Positions 1-8,384 of a DNA stretch of 19,667 nucleotides are shown piece by piece. Both the position numbers and the translations under genes were made by a program. Below the pieces are notes generated by a model, which ran no database searches, was not told where the DNA came from, and saw only the letters and a program-made list of their open reading frames with translations. Source of the stretch: Fibrobacteria bacterium (lineage in GTDB: Bacteria > Fibrobacterota > Fibrobacteria > UBA11236); contig JAYTHY010000132.1 in the NCBI GenBank assembly GCA_043732185.1, positions 1 to 19,667 on the forward strand. Direction: 5' to 3'. The stretch's first letter is position 1. Each line of letters begins with the position of its first letter.

Positions 1-402
1 AAATTTTGATGACCCATAAAATCAACAAATCCCTTGCCTACATTGGCCTACAGGACATTTCGGTCGCTATTTCACCCACTCGATCGCCCGAAGAGCCAAT
101 ATTATTAACCTGCATACACTCCCGCACCTTGGCAAGCCAATCTCTCCTTTTTCACAAATTTAGAAACATTTGGCTTCGCCTTTATGCTGTTCATTTCTTT
201 AACCTGCGAATCCTAGACGTTCCCTTAAAGCTTGTTCCCAAGTTTTTTTGAGGCATTGTGATGGTGTGCACACCTTCCTTTTTCAATTTGGATTTTATTT
301 AATCTTGGAAACGGCGAAAAGGTGTTTTTTGCTGGGGGTTTTTTGGATTGATACGTTGCGGGTCATTTGATTGAACCGCTATGGAAGGGATGGGGGTGGA
401 AG
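1..402. other. Integron upstream region, expected to hold the intI promoter and the attI/Pc side; exact attI not resolved
   Basis: AT-rich, mostly non-coding stretch directly 5' of intI, the canonical location of attI. There is no strict GTTRRRY on the minus strand; the nearest are GTTAAAG at 197-203 and GTTAATA at 103-109. Confidence 0.4.
257..274. promoter_or_regulatory. CRP/FNR-family-like box overlapping a perfect 12-bp palindrome upstream of intI
   Basis: TGTGA-TGGTGT-GCACA (257-272) is one mismatch from TGTGA-N6-TCACA. Palindrome GGTGTGCACACC lies at 263-274. Confidence 0.4.
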
Positions 403-1836
403 ATGGAGAATCGTGGGTCGTTCGTGGAGTTAGTGGGGAGGTATAGGGGTGTTTTGGCGTTGGAGTCTGGGATATCGGTTCATCATCGGGAATTTTATAT
501 CAAGTGGCTGTTGGATTATTTGTTTTTTTGTCGGCCGCGCGAATTGGCTATTTGTGAGTCGCACAACCTTCCGCCATTTACTGAGCATTTACGGAAAAGC
601 GGGAGGCTAGATTTTCAGATTAGGCAGGCTCAGGCTGCGGTGCGCTTGTACTGGATACGGTTTTGCCTATCCGATGAAAATCGTGGAAAAATTAAGGATT
701 CAGTTGAGGGTAGCCTTAACAGTAGAGGTGACGAGAAGCATAGGGATCGTGAACCGGATTCGGATTTGAAGGTGGGCAGGGAAACCAATTCGTTTTCGGA
801 TAATACAAGTTCTGTTCATTCTGGGCTTCCCAGTAGTAGGACCAAGGATCAGGTTGTTGCTTCGCATCAGGATGCGATGAGTTGGCATGTGGAGATGCAT
901 CGATTGCGCATGGAGATTAAGCTTCGTCATTATTCTGTTAAAACCTTGAAGGCGTATGTTTTTTGGGTGCGGACTTTTGCCAAGTATTTGAAAACTCGGT
1001 TGCCGGCGAGTTTGCGTGAGGAAGATGCAAAGAAATTTCTGGTTTATTTAGCGACGGAGGAAAAGGTTTCCGGTTCCACTCAAAACCAGGCTTTTAGTGC
1101 TTTGCTGTTTTTTTATACCAAGGTGCTGAGGCTTGAGTTTCGAGGCTTGCAGGATACGCCCAGAGCCAAATCCAGCATGACTGTGCCTACGGTGCTTTCC
1201 CGGAATGAAGTGCATTCGATTTTGGCGGAACTGGATGGTGTGCACAAAATATTTGCGCAATTGATGTATGGATGTGGGCTTCGGTTGGGTGAGGCTTTGA
1301 CGCTTCGGGTTCAGGATTTGGATTTGGATGCTGGGGGTCTAACTGTTTTTAATGGTAAAGGAAATAAGAGTCGCTGTTTGCCGTTGCCCAAGAAGCTGAT
1401 TCCGGCTTTGCAGATCCATCTTGATGAAATCCGGGTGCTTTGGGAAAGGGATTTGGCGGGAGGGTATGCGGGCGTTGTTATTCAAGATTCACTGACTAGG
1501 AAAATGCCTAATGCCGCTCGGGAGTGGCCGTGGCAGTGGGTTTTTCCTTCAACGCGATTGGTACTGATTGAAGGGGAAGGGAAATTTAGGCGCTTTCATT
1601 GGCATGAATCGATAGTCCAAAAAGAGTTCAAGCGAGCTGCGGGAGTTTTGCAGCTGAACAAACGGGTGACACCACATACGTTACGGCATAGTTTTGCTAC
1701 GCATTTGTTGCAGATGGGATATGATATTCGCACGGTTCAGGAACTCATGGGGCATAACGATGTGTCTACCACCATGATTTATACACATGCCGTACAATCC
1801 CTTTCCGGCAAAGTCATCAGCCCGCTCGATATTTAA
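403..1836 (+). CDS. intI: Integron integrase (tyrosine recombinase, IntI family), long form with N-terminal extension
   Basis: Full catalytic set: R (YGCGLRLGE), K (GKGNKSR), HxxR (TPHTLRHSFATHLL), H (ELMGH), Y (TTMIYTH). The integron-specific insertion SLTRKMPNAAREWPWQWVFPS is present, as is the core-binding domain RHYSVKT...STQNQAFSALLFFY. Start placed at ATG 403, which has a purine-rich upstream; TTG 367 is an in-frame alternative. Confidence 0.95.
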   Translation: MENRGSFVELVGRYRGVLALESGISVHHREFYIKWLLDYLFFCRPRELAICESHNLPPFTEHLRKSGRLDFQIRQAQAAVRLYWIRFCLSDENRGKIKDSVEGSLNSRGDEKHRDREPDSDLKVGRETNSFSDNTSSVHSGLPSSRTKDQVVASHQDAMSWHVEMHRLRMEIKLRHYSVKTLKAYVFWVRTFAKYLKTRLPASLREEDAKKFLVYLATEEKVSGSTQNQAFSALLFFYTKVLRLEFRGLQDTPRAKSSMTVPTVLSRNEVHSILAELDGVHKIFAQLMYGCGLRLGEALTLRVQDLDLDAGGLTVFNGKGNKSRCLPLPKKLIPALQIHLDEIRVLWERDLAGGYAGVVIQDSLTRKMPNAAREWPWQWVFPSTRLVLIEGEGKFRRFHWHESIVQKEFKRAAGVLQLNKRVTPHTLRHSFATHLLQMGYDIRTVQELMGHNDVSTTMIYTHAVQSLSGKVISPLDI

Positions 1837-1851
1837 AGCGAACCGATTCTT

Positions 1852-4800
1852 TTAGGGCTCGGCGTCGTACGTATGAACGCCCATGCCCATGCGTTCCTTG
1901 CGTTTTTCCCATGAGTAATAGAACGTTGGCACCACTACCAGCACCAGCAAGGTGTTGAAGAGCAGACCCCAAAAAATTCCCCAGGCCATGGGTGCCCACC
2001 AAAGTGAGGATTCACTTTTCAGTTCGATGCCGAAATTGATAAAGTCGATGCCTTTTCCTGTGGCCATGGGTAGGAGTCCAATCATCGCGGTGATGGCGGT
2101 TAAGAGTACGGGGCGCAGCCGGGTCGCGCCGCCTTTAATTACCGCTTCGCGTAAGGGGGTGCCTTGCCTTCTGAGATGGTTGATGAAGTCGATAAGTACG
2201 ATGCCGTTTTTGGCCACCACACCTGCTAAGGCGATAATACCGATTCCCGTCATCATGATGGCGAAGGTGGTGTGCACGATGAGCAATCCCCAGAAAACGC
2301 CTCCCAAAGAAAGGATGATGCCTATTAGCACCAGGAAAGGTTGTAGCACGGAATTGAACTGGGCCACCATAGTTAGGAACACTAGGGATACGGCGATGAA
2401 GAAAGCGCGTTTTAGAAATGCTGTCGTTTCGTCCTGTTCTCGATTGCTGCTTCCGGACTGTATTTTGTATCCGGGAGGGGCGCTGATTTTGGCGATGAGA
2501 TCGGCGGAAGCTTTCTTCGCTACGCTTTCATCTTTGACACCTGGAGCCATTTCTGCCCAAACCTGGATGGTGCGGTCTCCGTTCAAATGGTTGATTTTGG
2601 CAAGGCTCGCGCCCTGGGTGATACGTACCATTGAGGTTAACGGCACTATCGTACCTTCGTGTGGCACCGTGATTTGATCAAGCCCGGAGAAGGATTCACG
2701 GGTTTTGGGATCGAGTCGGATCATCACATTGTATTCGTCTTTACCTTGCCGGTATTTGGCGGCTTCTATCCCGTGGATGGAGCCTCGCACGGCCATGGCC
2801 ACATCGGCAGTGGTGACGCCCATCAGCATCGCTTGTTCGCGGTCGATATCGACGCGCAGCTCCGGCCTCACGGGCTCATAATCCCAGTCAATGTTGACCA
2901 AGTTTGGAACGGTGCGCAGCTTGGCCTTGATATCCTCGGCCAGCTTGCTCAGCTCGGCAAAATCTTCGCCGGTTACTTCATAGGAAACCGGGAAACCTTG
3001 CGGTGGCCCTTCTTGCTGCTGCTTGACATTTACTTTCCATCCTGGCAAAAGGTCCTTGGAATGATTTTCCATCCACGTCATGGATTTCCAGGAGGACACC
3101 TTGCGTTCGTTATAATCCACAAAGCCAACATCAAGATAGGCCTTGTTCGATTCCGGGGTGCGATCCCCACCCATGGCTGTTTTTCCAAAGCCAACCACAC
3201 CAGAGAAACTTTCCACATCGGCGCTGTCTTCGGGCATGGTAAACATTCTTGCTTCGATGATTTTTAGAGCCGAATCCGTTTCGTTGATATCAATGCCCAG
3301 CGGACCTTCCACATCGACGGCTACTACCAGCGGATCGATTTTTGGGAAGAACACCACTCCGGTTCCAAATTTACCGTAAGCCATAATGCCGCCTACTACA
3401 AACATGACGCAGAACAGGGTGATTAACCAAGGATGCCGCAAGGCTTTATCCAGCACGCCGCTGTACCAATTCTTTACTTTTTCAAAACGTTCTCCGCCAC
3501 CCTCTTCCATGCCTTTGGCATTGGAGTTCATAAACAGAGAAGCAAATACTGGATTAAAAACAAATGCCACGAATAAGGATCCGGCCAAGGTAACCGATAC
3601 GGTAATCGGCAGATATTTGAAAAACTGACCCATCATGCCCGGCATTAACAATAGCGGAAGAAACGCAAATATCGTCGTCAAGGTGGCCGTCGCCACGGGT
3701 AACATCACTTCCTTGGTCCCATCCACCGCAGCTTGGGCTTTGGTTTTTCCCATTTGTAAATGCCGGTAAATATTTTCCACGACTACGATGCCATCGTCCA
3801 CCAGCATGCCTAGTCCTATGACTAAGGAAAACAGAACCACCATGTTCAGGGTAACGCCCATATAATCGAGCACCAAGAATCCCATCATCATTGAGAAGGG
3901 AATGGCGGTGGAGATGAAAAAGCTGTTGCGAACGCCGAGGAAGAAGGAAAGTATGAGTACGACTAGGACAAGACCGGTGAGAATATGGTTTTGTAATTCG
4001 CGCGCCATACGACGGATGGCAACGCTCTGATCGAATGTGTAATTGATATGGGTGCCTTCTGGCCAAGTGAGCCGCAGCTCTTCCACGGTTCTTTTGGCTT
4101 CATCGACAAGATCGACAATGTTGGAGCCGCCCCGTTTGGTGACGGCGATGGCCTGTGAATTCTTGCCGTGCAATCGGAATACGGTATTGCGATCCCGTGC
4201 ATATCCAAAATGGACATTGGCCACATCGCGAACGCGCACCAGGCTGGCGCCGCTTCCGCGCACTACCAGTTCGCCGAATTTATCGGGATCGGTGAGCTCG
4301 CCGGTTAACTGTACGGAAAATCGGCTGCCTCCCGCTTTGAGCGTGCCGCCCGGGATATTGCGATGCTGGCCTTGCACGGTTTTCATTAAATCATTAAGGC
4401 TAACACCGTATTGACGCAAGCGGGCGGGGTCGGCGTCGATGGCCACTTCTTTTTCCTGCTTGCCGGTGATGGTCGCGTCGAGAACGCCGGGAATGGATTT
4501 GACCTTGTCCTTGAGTTCTTCCACCAGTCGATCGAGTTTCTCGCTTTCATAGTCGCCGGATAGAGACATAACAAAGATTGGGATGTTGGAAAAATTGAGC
4601 TCTTGAACCATCGGTTCTTCGGCATCTGCAGGCAAGTCTGGTTTGGCTTCGTCCACCTTGTCCTTGACGCGGCGCAAAGCGGTTTCCACTTTCACATCGG
4701 CATTGAATTCAACCTGTATGGAACCGATGCTTTCTTTGGATTGGCTGGAAATCTTTTTGACTCCGTCCATTCCCTCGAGCTTGTCTTCGATTTTTTTGGT

Positions 4801-4983
4801 GACGGTTTTTTCAATGTCTTCCGGGGAGGCGCCTGGATAGACCACGTTGACAAAGATGAGGGGAATCTTCACTTCCGGGAAGGATTCCAAAGGCATGTTT
4901 TTATACGACATGGATCCGGCTAGGAGCAGGATAACCGCCAGCACGAGCACGGTGACGGGGTTTTTTACGGCAAACTTTGTCAT
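1852..4983 (-). CDS. RND efflux transporter permease subunit (AcrB/AcrD/AcrF family)
   Basis: 1043 aa with RND topology. N-terminal FAVKNPV...FPEV...YPGASPEDIE. Proton-relay motifs GMLVDDGIVVVENI, VAKNGIVL and RLRPVLLT. GGAG RBS upstream. Confidence 0.95.
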   Translation of the reverse strand: MTKFAVKNPVTVLVLAVILLLAGSMSYKNMPLESFPEVKIPLIFVNVVYPGASPEDIEKTVTKKIEDKLEGMDGVKKISSQSKESIGSIQVEFNADVKVETALRRVKDKVDEAKPDLPADAEEPMVQELNFSNIPIFVMSLSGDYESEKLDRLVEELKDKVKSIPGVLDATITGKQEKEVAIDADPARLRQYGVSLNDLMKTVQGQHRNIPGGTLKAGGSRFSVQLTGELTDPDKFGELVVRGSGASLVRVRDVANVHFGYARDRNTVFRLHGKNSQAIAVTKRGGSNIVDLVDEAKRTVEELRLTWPEGTHINYTFDQSVAIRRMARELQNHILTGLVLVVLILSFFLGVRNSFFISTAIPFSMMMGFLVLDYMGVTLNMVVLFSLVIGLGMLVDDGIVVVENIYRHLQMGKTKAQAAVDGTKEVMLPVATATLTTIFAFLPLLLMPGMMGQFFKYLPITVSVTLAGSLFVAFVFNPVFASLFMNSNAKGMEEGGGERFEKVKNWYSGVLDKALRHPWLITLFCVMFVVGGIMAYGKFGTGVVFFPKIDPLVVAVDVEGPLGIDINETDSALKIIEARMFTMPEDSADVESFSGVVGFGKTAMGGDRTPESNKAYLDVGFVDYNERKVSSWKSMTWMENHSKDLLPGWKVNVKQQQEGPPQGFPVSYEVTGEDFAELSKLAEDIKAKLRTVPNLVNIDWDYEPVRPELRVDIDREQAMLMGVTTADVAMAVRGSIHGIEAAKYRQGKDEYNVMIRLDPKTRESFSGLDQITVPHEGTIVPLTSMVRITQGASLAKINHLNGDRTIQVWAEMAPGVKDESVAKKASADLIAKISAPPGYKIQSGSSNREQDETTAFLKRAFFIAVSLVFLTMVAQFNSVLQPFLVLIGIILSLGGVFWGLLIVHTTFAIMMTGIGIIALAGVVAKNGIVLIDFINHLRRQGTPLREAVIKGGATRLRPVLLTAITAMIGLLPMATGKGIDFINFGIELKSESSLWWAPMAWGIFWGLLFNTLLVLVVVPTFYYSWEKRKERMGMGVHTYDAEP

Positions 4984-5070
4984 GGATAGACTCCCTGTAA
5001 ACTTTTTACACCCCGGCAGCGCCTAGTGTTGGAACCGGGTTCCTGTTTAATACTGGACCTGAGTTCCTAT

Positions 5071-6144
5071 TTAAAACTGAACCGGGGTTCCAGTGGACAC
5101 CTGGAAGGCGCCAACGGTGATGAGCATGTCACCCACTGTTAGGCCTGCTTCCACGACCACAGAATCACCCGAAGCGGGGCCCAGGTTTACCGGCACTTGC
5201 ACGGCCTTGCCATCTCTAACCAACATGGCCATGGTGCCATCTTGCAACCGCAAAATTGCCGTCGAGGGCACGACCACAGCTTGAGCATATTTTTTCCGAA
5301 GGATCCGTGTGCGGCCTACCATTCCCGGTCGGAGTACGTTGCCGGAGTTGGGAATGTCGATGCGGGCCATCACGGTGCGGTTCTTGGCTTCCACAGCGCG
5401 GTCAATGCTTTTGAGTTTGCCGGAAAAAGTCCGAGCGGTATCTTGTACCTGACTGAACTCGGCGCTTTGGCCTTCATGAAAATCGCGGGCTTCCGCTTCC
5501 GGAATCGAAACCACGGCCTCTAAACGTGACGTTGCAGCCAGACGCACGGTGGGTTGGCCCGGCGCCACGGTTTGATAGCGTTCGATCATACGACTGACCA
5601 TCACCCCACTAAAAGGTGCCTGACAGCGACTGTCTTCATAGGCCCGCTGCGCTTGCAGCATGGCAACGCGCGCTTGCTGGAAGCCAAACTCCGCCTGATC
5701 TTTTACGGCTTTGCCTACAAAACCTTTTTCCACATTCACTTTTTGCCGATCGACTTCTCCATTGGCCACTTCCACCGCGGACTTGGCTTGCATGAGCATA
5801 GCCAGGTAGCGATCGCTTTCGATATTGCACAGAGCTTGACCCGCTTTCACGGCCTTGCCCACTTCTACCACGCTGGCTACGCGTCCGCCTTGCATGGGGG
5901 CGGCCAAGGTGGCGTCATCGGAGCCGCGCAAATCTGCGCTGTAATTGCCCCAATCTTCAAAGGCGTGAGCGGAGACGGCAACCGCCACCACGCGAATCGA
6001 AGCTTTTGCGGCAGACGATGCATCTTTGCCGTCCTTGTCTGCACCAGCTTTCTTTTTTTCGCAGCCGACCAAAGTCAGAGTGGCAGTAAGTGCCAGCGTA
6101 GCGGCCAAGGCCAAGGTGATTGATTTTGTGGTAGAGAAATTCAT
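5071..6144 (-). CDS. RND efflux periplasmic adaptor (membrane fusion protein), probable lipoprotein
   Basis: Signal peptide ending in a lipobox (TLVGC). Lipoyl half-motifs GRVASV..VKAGQ and APFSGV; LRPGM and VVVPSTAI motifs. ATGA overlap with the upstream TolC-family gene. Confidence 0.93.
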   Translation of the reverse strand: MNFSTTKSITLALAATLALTATLTLVGCEKKKAGADKDGKDASSAAKASIRVVAVAVSAHAFEDWGNYSADLRGSDDATLAAPMQGGRVASVVEVGKAVKAGQALCNIESDRYLAMLMQAKSAVEVANGEVDRQKVNVEKGFVGKAVKDQAEFGFQQARVAMLQAQRAYEDSRCQAPFSGVMVSRMIERYQTVAPGQPTVRLAATSRLEAVVSIPEAEARDFHEGQSAEFSQVQDTARTFSGKLKSIDRAVEAKNRTVMARIDIPNSGNVLRPGMVGRTRILRKKYAQAVVVPSTAILRLQDGTMAMLVRDGKAVQVPVNLGPASGDSVVVEAGLTVGDMLITVGAFQVSTGTPVQF

Positions 6145-7463
6145 GGAGTCTCCTCGTTAAGCAAACTTTTACCCAAAGCCAGACGCAGCGCCGCGCGGGA
6201 TCGCACACTGGCATAGCGTGCGCCTAATACACCCAAGGACGCTTCTCGCAGGGATTGTTCCGCATCCAAAAGATCCGTAAGCTGACCCTTGCCGGAACGG
6301 AATTCCGAAGTGACCATGGCTTGCGCTTCTTCTGCAGCGAGTACAGCTTGTTCGGCTGCGGCTAGCGCGGAGTCGGCGGCTTTGTAATCCATATACGCAC
6401 CGCCGATTTCCACCACCGTCAATTTGCGGATTTGCCTGGCCGTTAACCCTAGGGTGCGAGATTCCGATTCCACTTGCTGGGCCTTGGCAGCAAGCGTAAA
6501 GCCGTCAAAAATCGGCCAACGCAAACCAATGCCGATTTGCCATTCATGATTTTTTGCGATATCGCCCAACTGTCTTGTTTTGAAAGCCGTAATACCGTAT
6601 TTCCCTTGCGCGCCCAGTGAAGGCAGATACAACATGCGCAAATATTTTGCTTGCCCTTCTAGAGATTGGCGGTTCAGCTCCATCGATTTTAAGTCAGGCC
6701 TATCGTCGAGAATTGTTTCCATGGCCTTGGCATCGGGAATTGCACCCATGGCAGCGAGCTCCAGGGTTGCACTTTCATCCAGCTCGATGGGCGCATCCAC
6801 TTCCCTACCTAGAATCCGATTTAGAAACATGCGGGCGCCTTCCGCATCGCGTTCGGCATGGATACGCTGTGGTTCCAGGGATTTCAGCGCGGTTAATGCA
6901 CGCAGCACATTGGAGCGGAGGCCCGAACCCATTTTGAAATTGCTTTCCAGAAAAGCCTGCGTTTCCCTGGCTCTTTGTTCGGAGGCTTGCAGGGTTTTCA
7001 GGCGAGCGCGGGAGTTGATCAAGTTGTAATAGGCATCGAGTACTTGCAGTTGCAATTGCTGTACCGAACGCCGCCGCGAAGCAGTTTCGGCATTTTCCTG
7101 TATATTGGCCACTTTGACAACTTGGCTGAGCCTGCCAAAAGAAAACAGGGATTGCTGAAATTCCACATCCCAAGCGAAGCGGTTTTGCTCGACATTAAAA
7201 ACGGACATGGAGTCACTTCCGCCAAAGGGAAACACGGAGGGATCCACTGCGCTCGCGCCTCTGCCAACATTGGCGTTGGCGGTGATTTGCGGATACGCGC
7301 TGGACCAGGCTTCGCGTTTGAGGGCCTCGAACTTTTTCTTTTTTTCTTGGAGGATCAAGGCCTCTTCGCTCTTGGACAAGGATTCGCGGATGGCCGCTTC
7401 CAGGGTCAAGGGCGTGGTCCCGGAGGAAAAGGAAAGGGCAAGGCAAAACAGACTATTTAACAT
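6141..7463 (-). CDS. TolC-family outer membrane efflux protein
   Basis: 440 aa. LTLEAAIRESL start, two OEP repeats (YPQITANA.../YLPSLGAQ...WPIFDG), C-terminal LLDAEQSL. Lies between tetR and the MFP gene. Confidence 0.93.
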   Translation of the reverse strand: MLNSLFCLALSFSSGTTPLTLEAAIRESLSKSEEALILQEKKKKFEALKREAWSSAYPQITANANVGRGASAVDPSVFPFGGSDSMSVFNVEQNRFAWDVEFQQSLFSFGRLSQVVKVANIQENAETASRRRSVQQLQLQVLDAYYNLINSRARLKTLQASEQRARETQAFLESNFKMGSGLRSNVLRALTALKSLEPQRIHAERDAEGARMFLNRILGREVDAPIELDESATLELAAMGAIPDAKAMETILDDRPDLKSMELNRQSLEGQAKYLRMLYLPSLGAQGKYGITAFKTRQLGDIAKNHEWQIGIGLRWPIFDGFTLAAKAQQVESESRTLGLTARQIRKLTVVEIGGAYMDYKAADSALAAAEQAVLAAEEAQAMVTSEFRSGKGQLTDLLDAEQSLREASLGVLGARYASVRSRAALRLALGKSLLNEETP

Positions 7464-8172
7464 GGTATTCCGTCCTGGCTTTATCGGTGAGCAAACCCTG
7501 AAACAAGACTTTGACTACGGTGTCAAAGACCTGATTGGGTTTAAAGGGAAGTTCCGAAAGAACTTGCGGATTGAGGATATCCCGCAGCACATGGGCATAG
7601 ATGAGCACAAAAAGTCTTTCGTCCACATCTTTACGGAAGTGGCCTTTTTGCCGCCCTTCCTTGATCAAAGCGCCAAAGTGCGTATTCAAACACGCCTGCC
7701 GTTTGCTTTCAACCTGATTCCAGATTTCCGGGGCATGGCGCTGCAAATCGTACAGCAAAGCGCCGCTCATTTTGGCATAAAGAGCCGTCAAATAATTCAG
7801 ATAACGTTTGAGCTTCGTTAAAGGATCGACGCCTTCCTGCCTACAAATGGCAGTCAGCTCCTGATCGCATTCCTCCAGATGAACACGGGTGACTTCCTGA
7901 AGCAGTTCCTCCTTGCTGGGAAAGAAACGATACAGGGTTTTTTTGCTCATGCCCAACCGCTCGGCAGTTTCGTCCATGGTGACTTGGCTGAAACCCAGGC
8001 GAAAGAAAAGTGCCTGTGCCTCCAGCAAAATGCGTTGCTTGGTATCCACATCGGATTTTGTAGCCGCGATTTTTCTGGGCGTACTTTTTCTGGGCGTACC
8101 TTTGCTGGGAGTGATTTTGGAGCCTGCCGTTTTGGAAGAAGCAAGTATGGCTGTCATAGGGCTTCCAAACAT
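7453..8172 (-). CDS. TetR/AcrR-family transcriptional regulator with basic N-terminal extension
   Basis: HTH region KQRILLEAQALFFRLGFSQVTMDETAERLGMSKKTLYRFFPSKEELL. First gene of the efflux operon; its stop overlaps the tolC start. Alternative start at ATG 8157. Confidence 0.93.
   Translation of the reverse strand: MFGSPMTAILASSKTAGSKITPSKGTPRKSTPRKIAATKSDVDTKQRILLEAQALFFRLGFSQVTMDETAERLGMSKKTLYRFFPSKEELLQEVTRVHLEECDQELTAICRQEGVDPLTKLKRYLNYLTALYAKMSGALLYDLQRHAPEIWNQVESKRQACLNTHFGALIKEGRQKGHFRKDVDERLFVLIYAHVLRDILNPQVLSELPFKPNQVFDTVVKVLFQGLLTDKARTEYHVK
8070..8114. repeat. 15-bp in-frame tandem repeat (2 perfect copies + 1 degenerate) in the tetR 5' end
   Basis: TTTTTCTGGGCGTAC at 8070-8084 and 8085-8099, plus CTTTGCTGGGAGTGA at 8100-8114. 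Encodes ITPSK-GTPRK-STPRK. Confidence 0.85.
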
Positions 8173-8183
8173 CCTTAGAAACG

Positions 8184-8213
8184 CAGGAAACTTTCCTGGT
8201 ACTCTCAGTTTCC
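8184..8213. promoter_or_regulatory. Candidate TetR operator (nested inverted repeats)
   Basis: CAGGAAA-C-TTTCCTG (8184-8198) and GGAAACT-N14-AGTTTCC (8186-8213), immediately upstream of the tetR start. Confidence 0.5.
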
Positions 8214-8371
8214 AAGGTACTATTGCGAGTGGGCGATTGGCAAGGGAAGGGTGAATTATTCCTGTTTACCAGTAAAATATGTAGCAACTGGGGGCCATTA
8301 TTCGCAATGGTGACAAAGTGGTAACTGCCTTTACTTTACTTTTAGTGGACTTTTGAATGTCCTTTTAGGGC

Positions 8372-8377
8372 TATAAT
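8372..8377 (+). promoter_or_regulatory. Consensus -10 element, probably giving a leaderless transcript of the PIN gene
   Basis: TATAAT followed by 7 nt and then the ATG at 8385. No Shine-Dalgarno and no properly spaced -35 seen. Confidence 0.5.
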
Positions 8378-8384
8378 TCATTCT

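Noticed and set aside
6..251. 81-aa plus-strand ORF upstream of intI
   Set aside because: TTG start, no RBS, no recognisable motif. It lies in the expected attI/promoter region and in the wrong orientation for a cassette gene.
1..402. E. coli-type LexA box (CTGT-N8-ACAG) upstream of intI
   Set aside because: The only CTGT (187-190) has no ACAG at the required spacing.
8222..8308. ATTGCGA...TCGCAAT inverted pair in the tetR-PIN spacer as a possible ncRNA or mini-element
   Set aside because: Only 7 bp, with no convincing internal pairing or target-site duplication. Compatible with chance.
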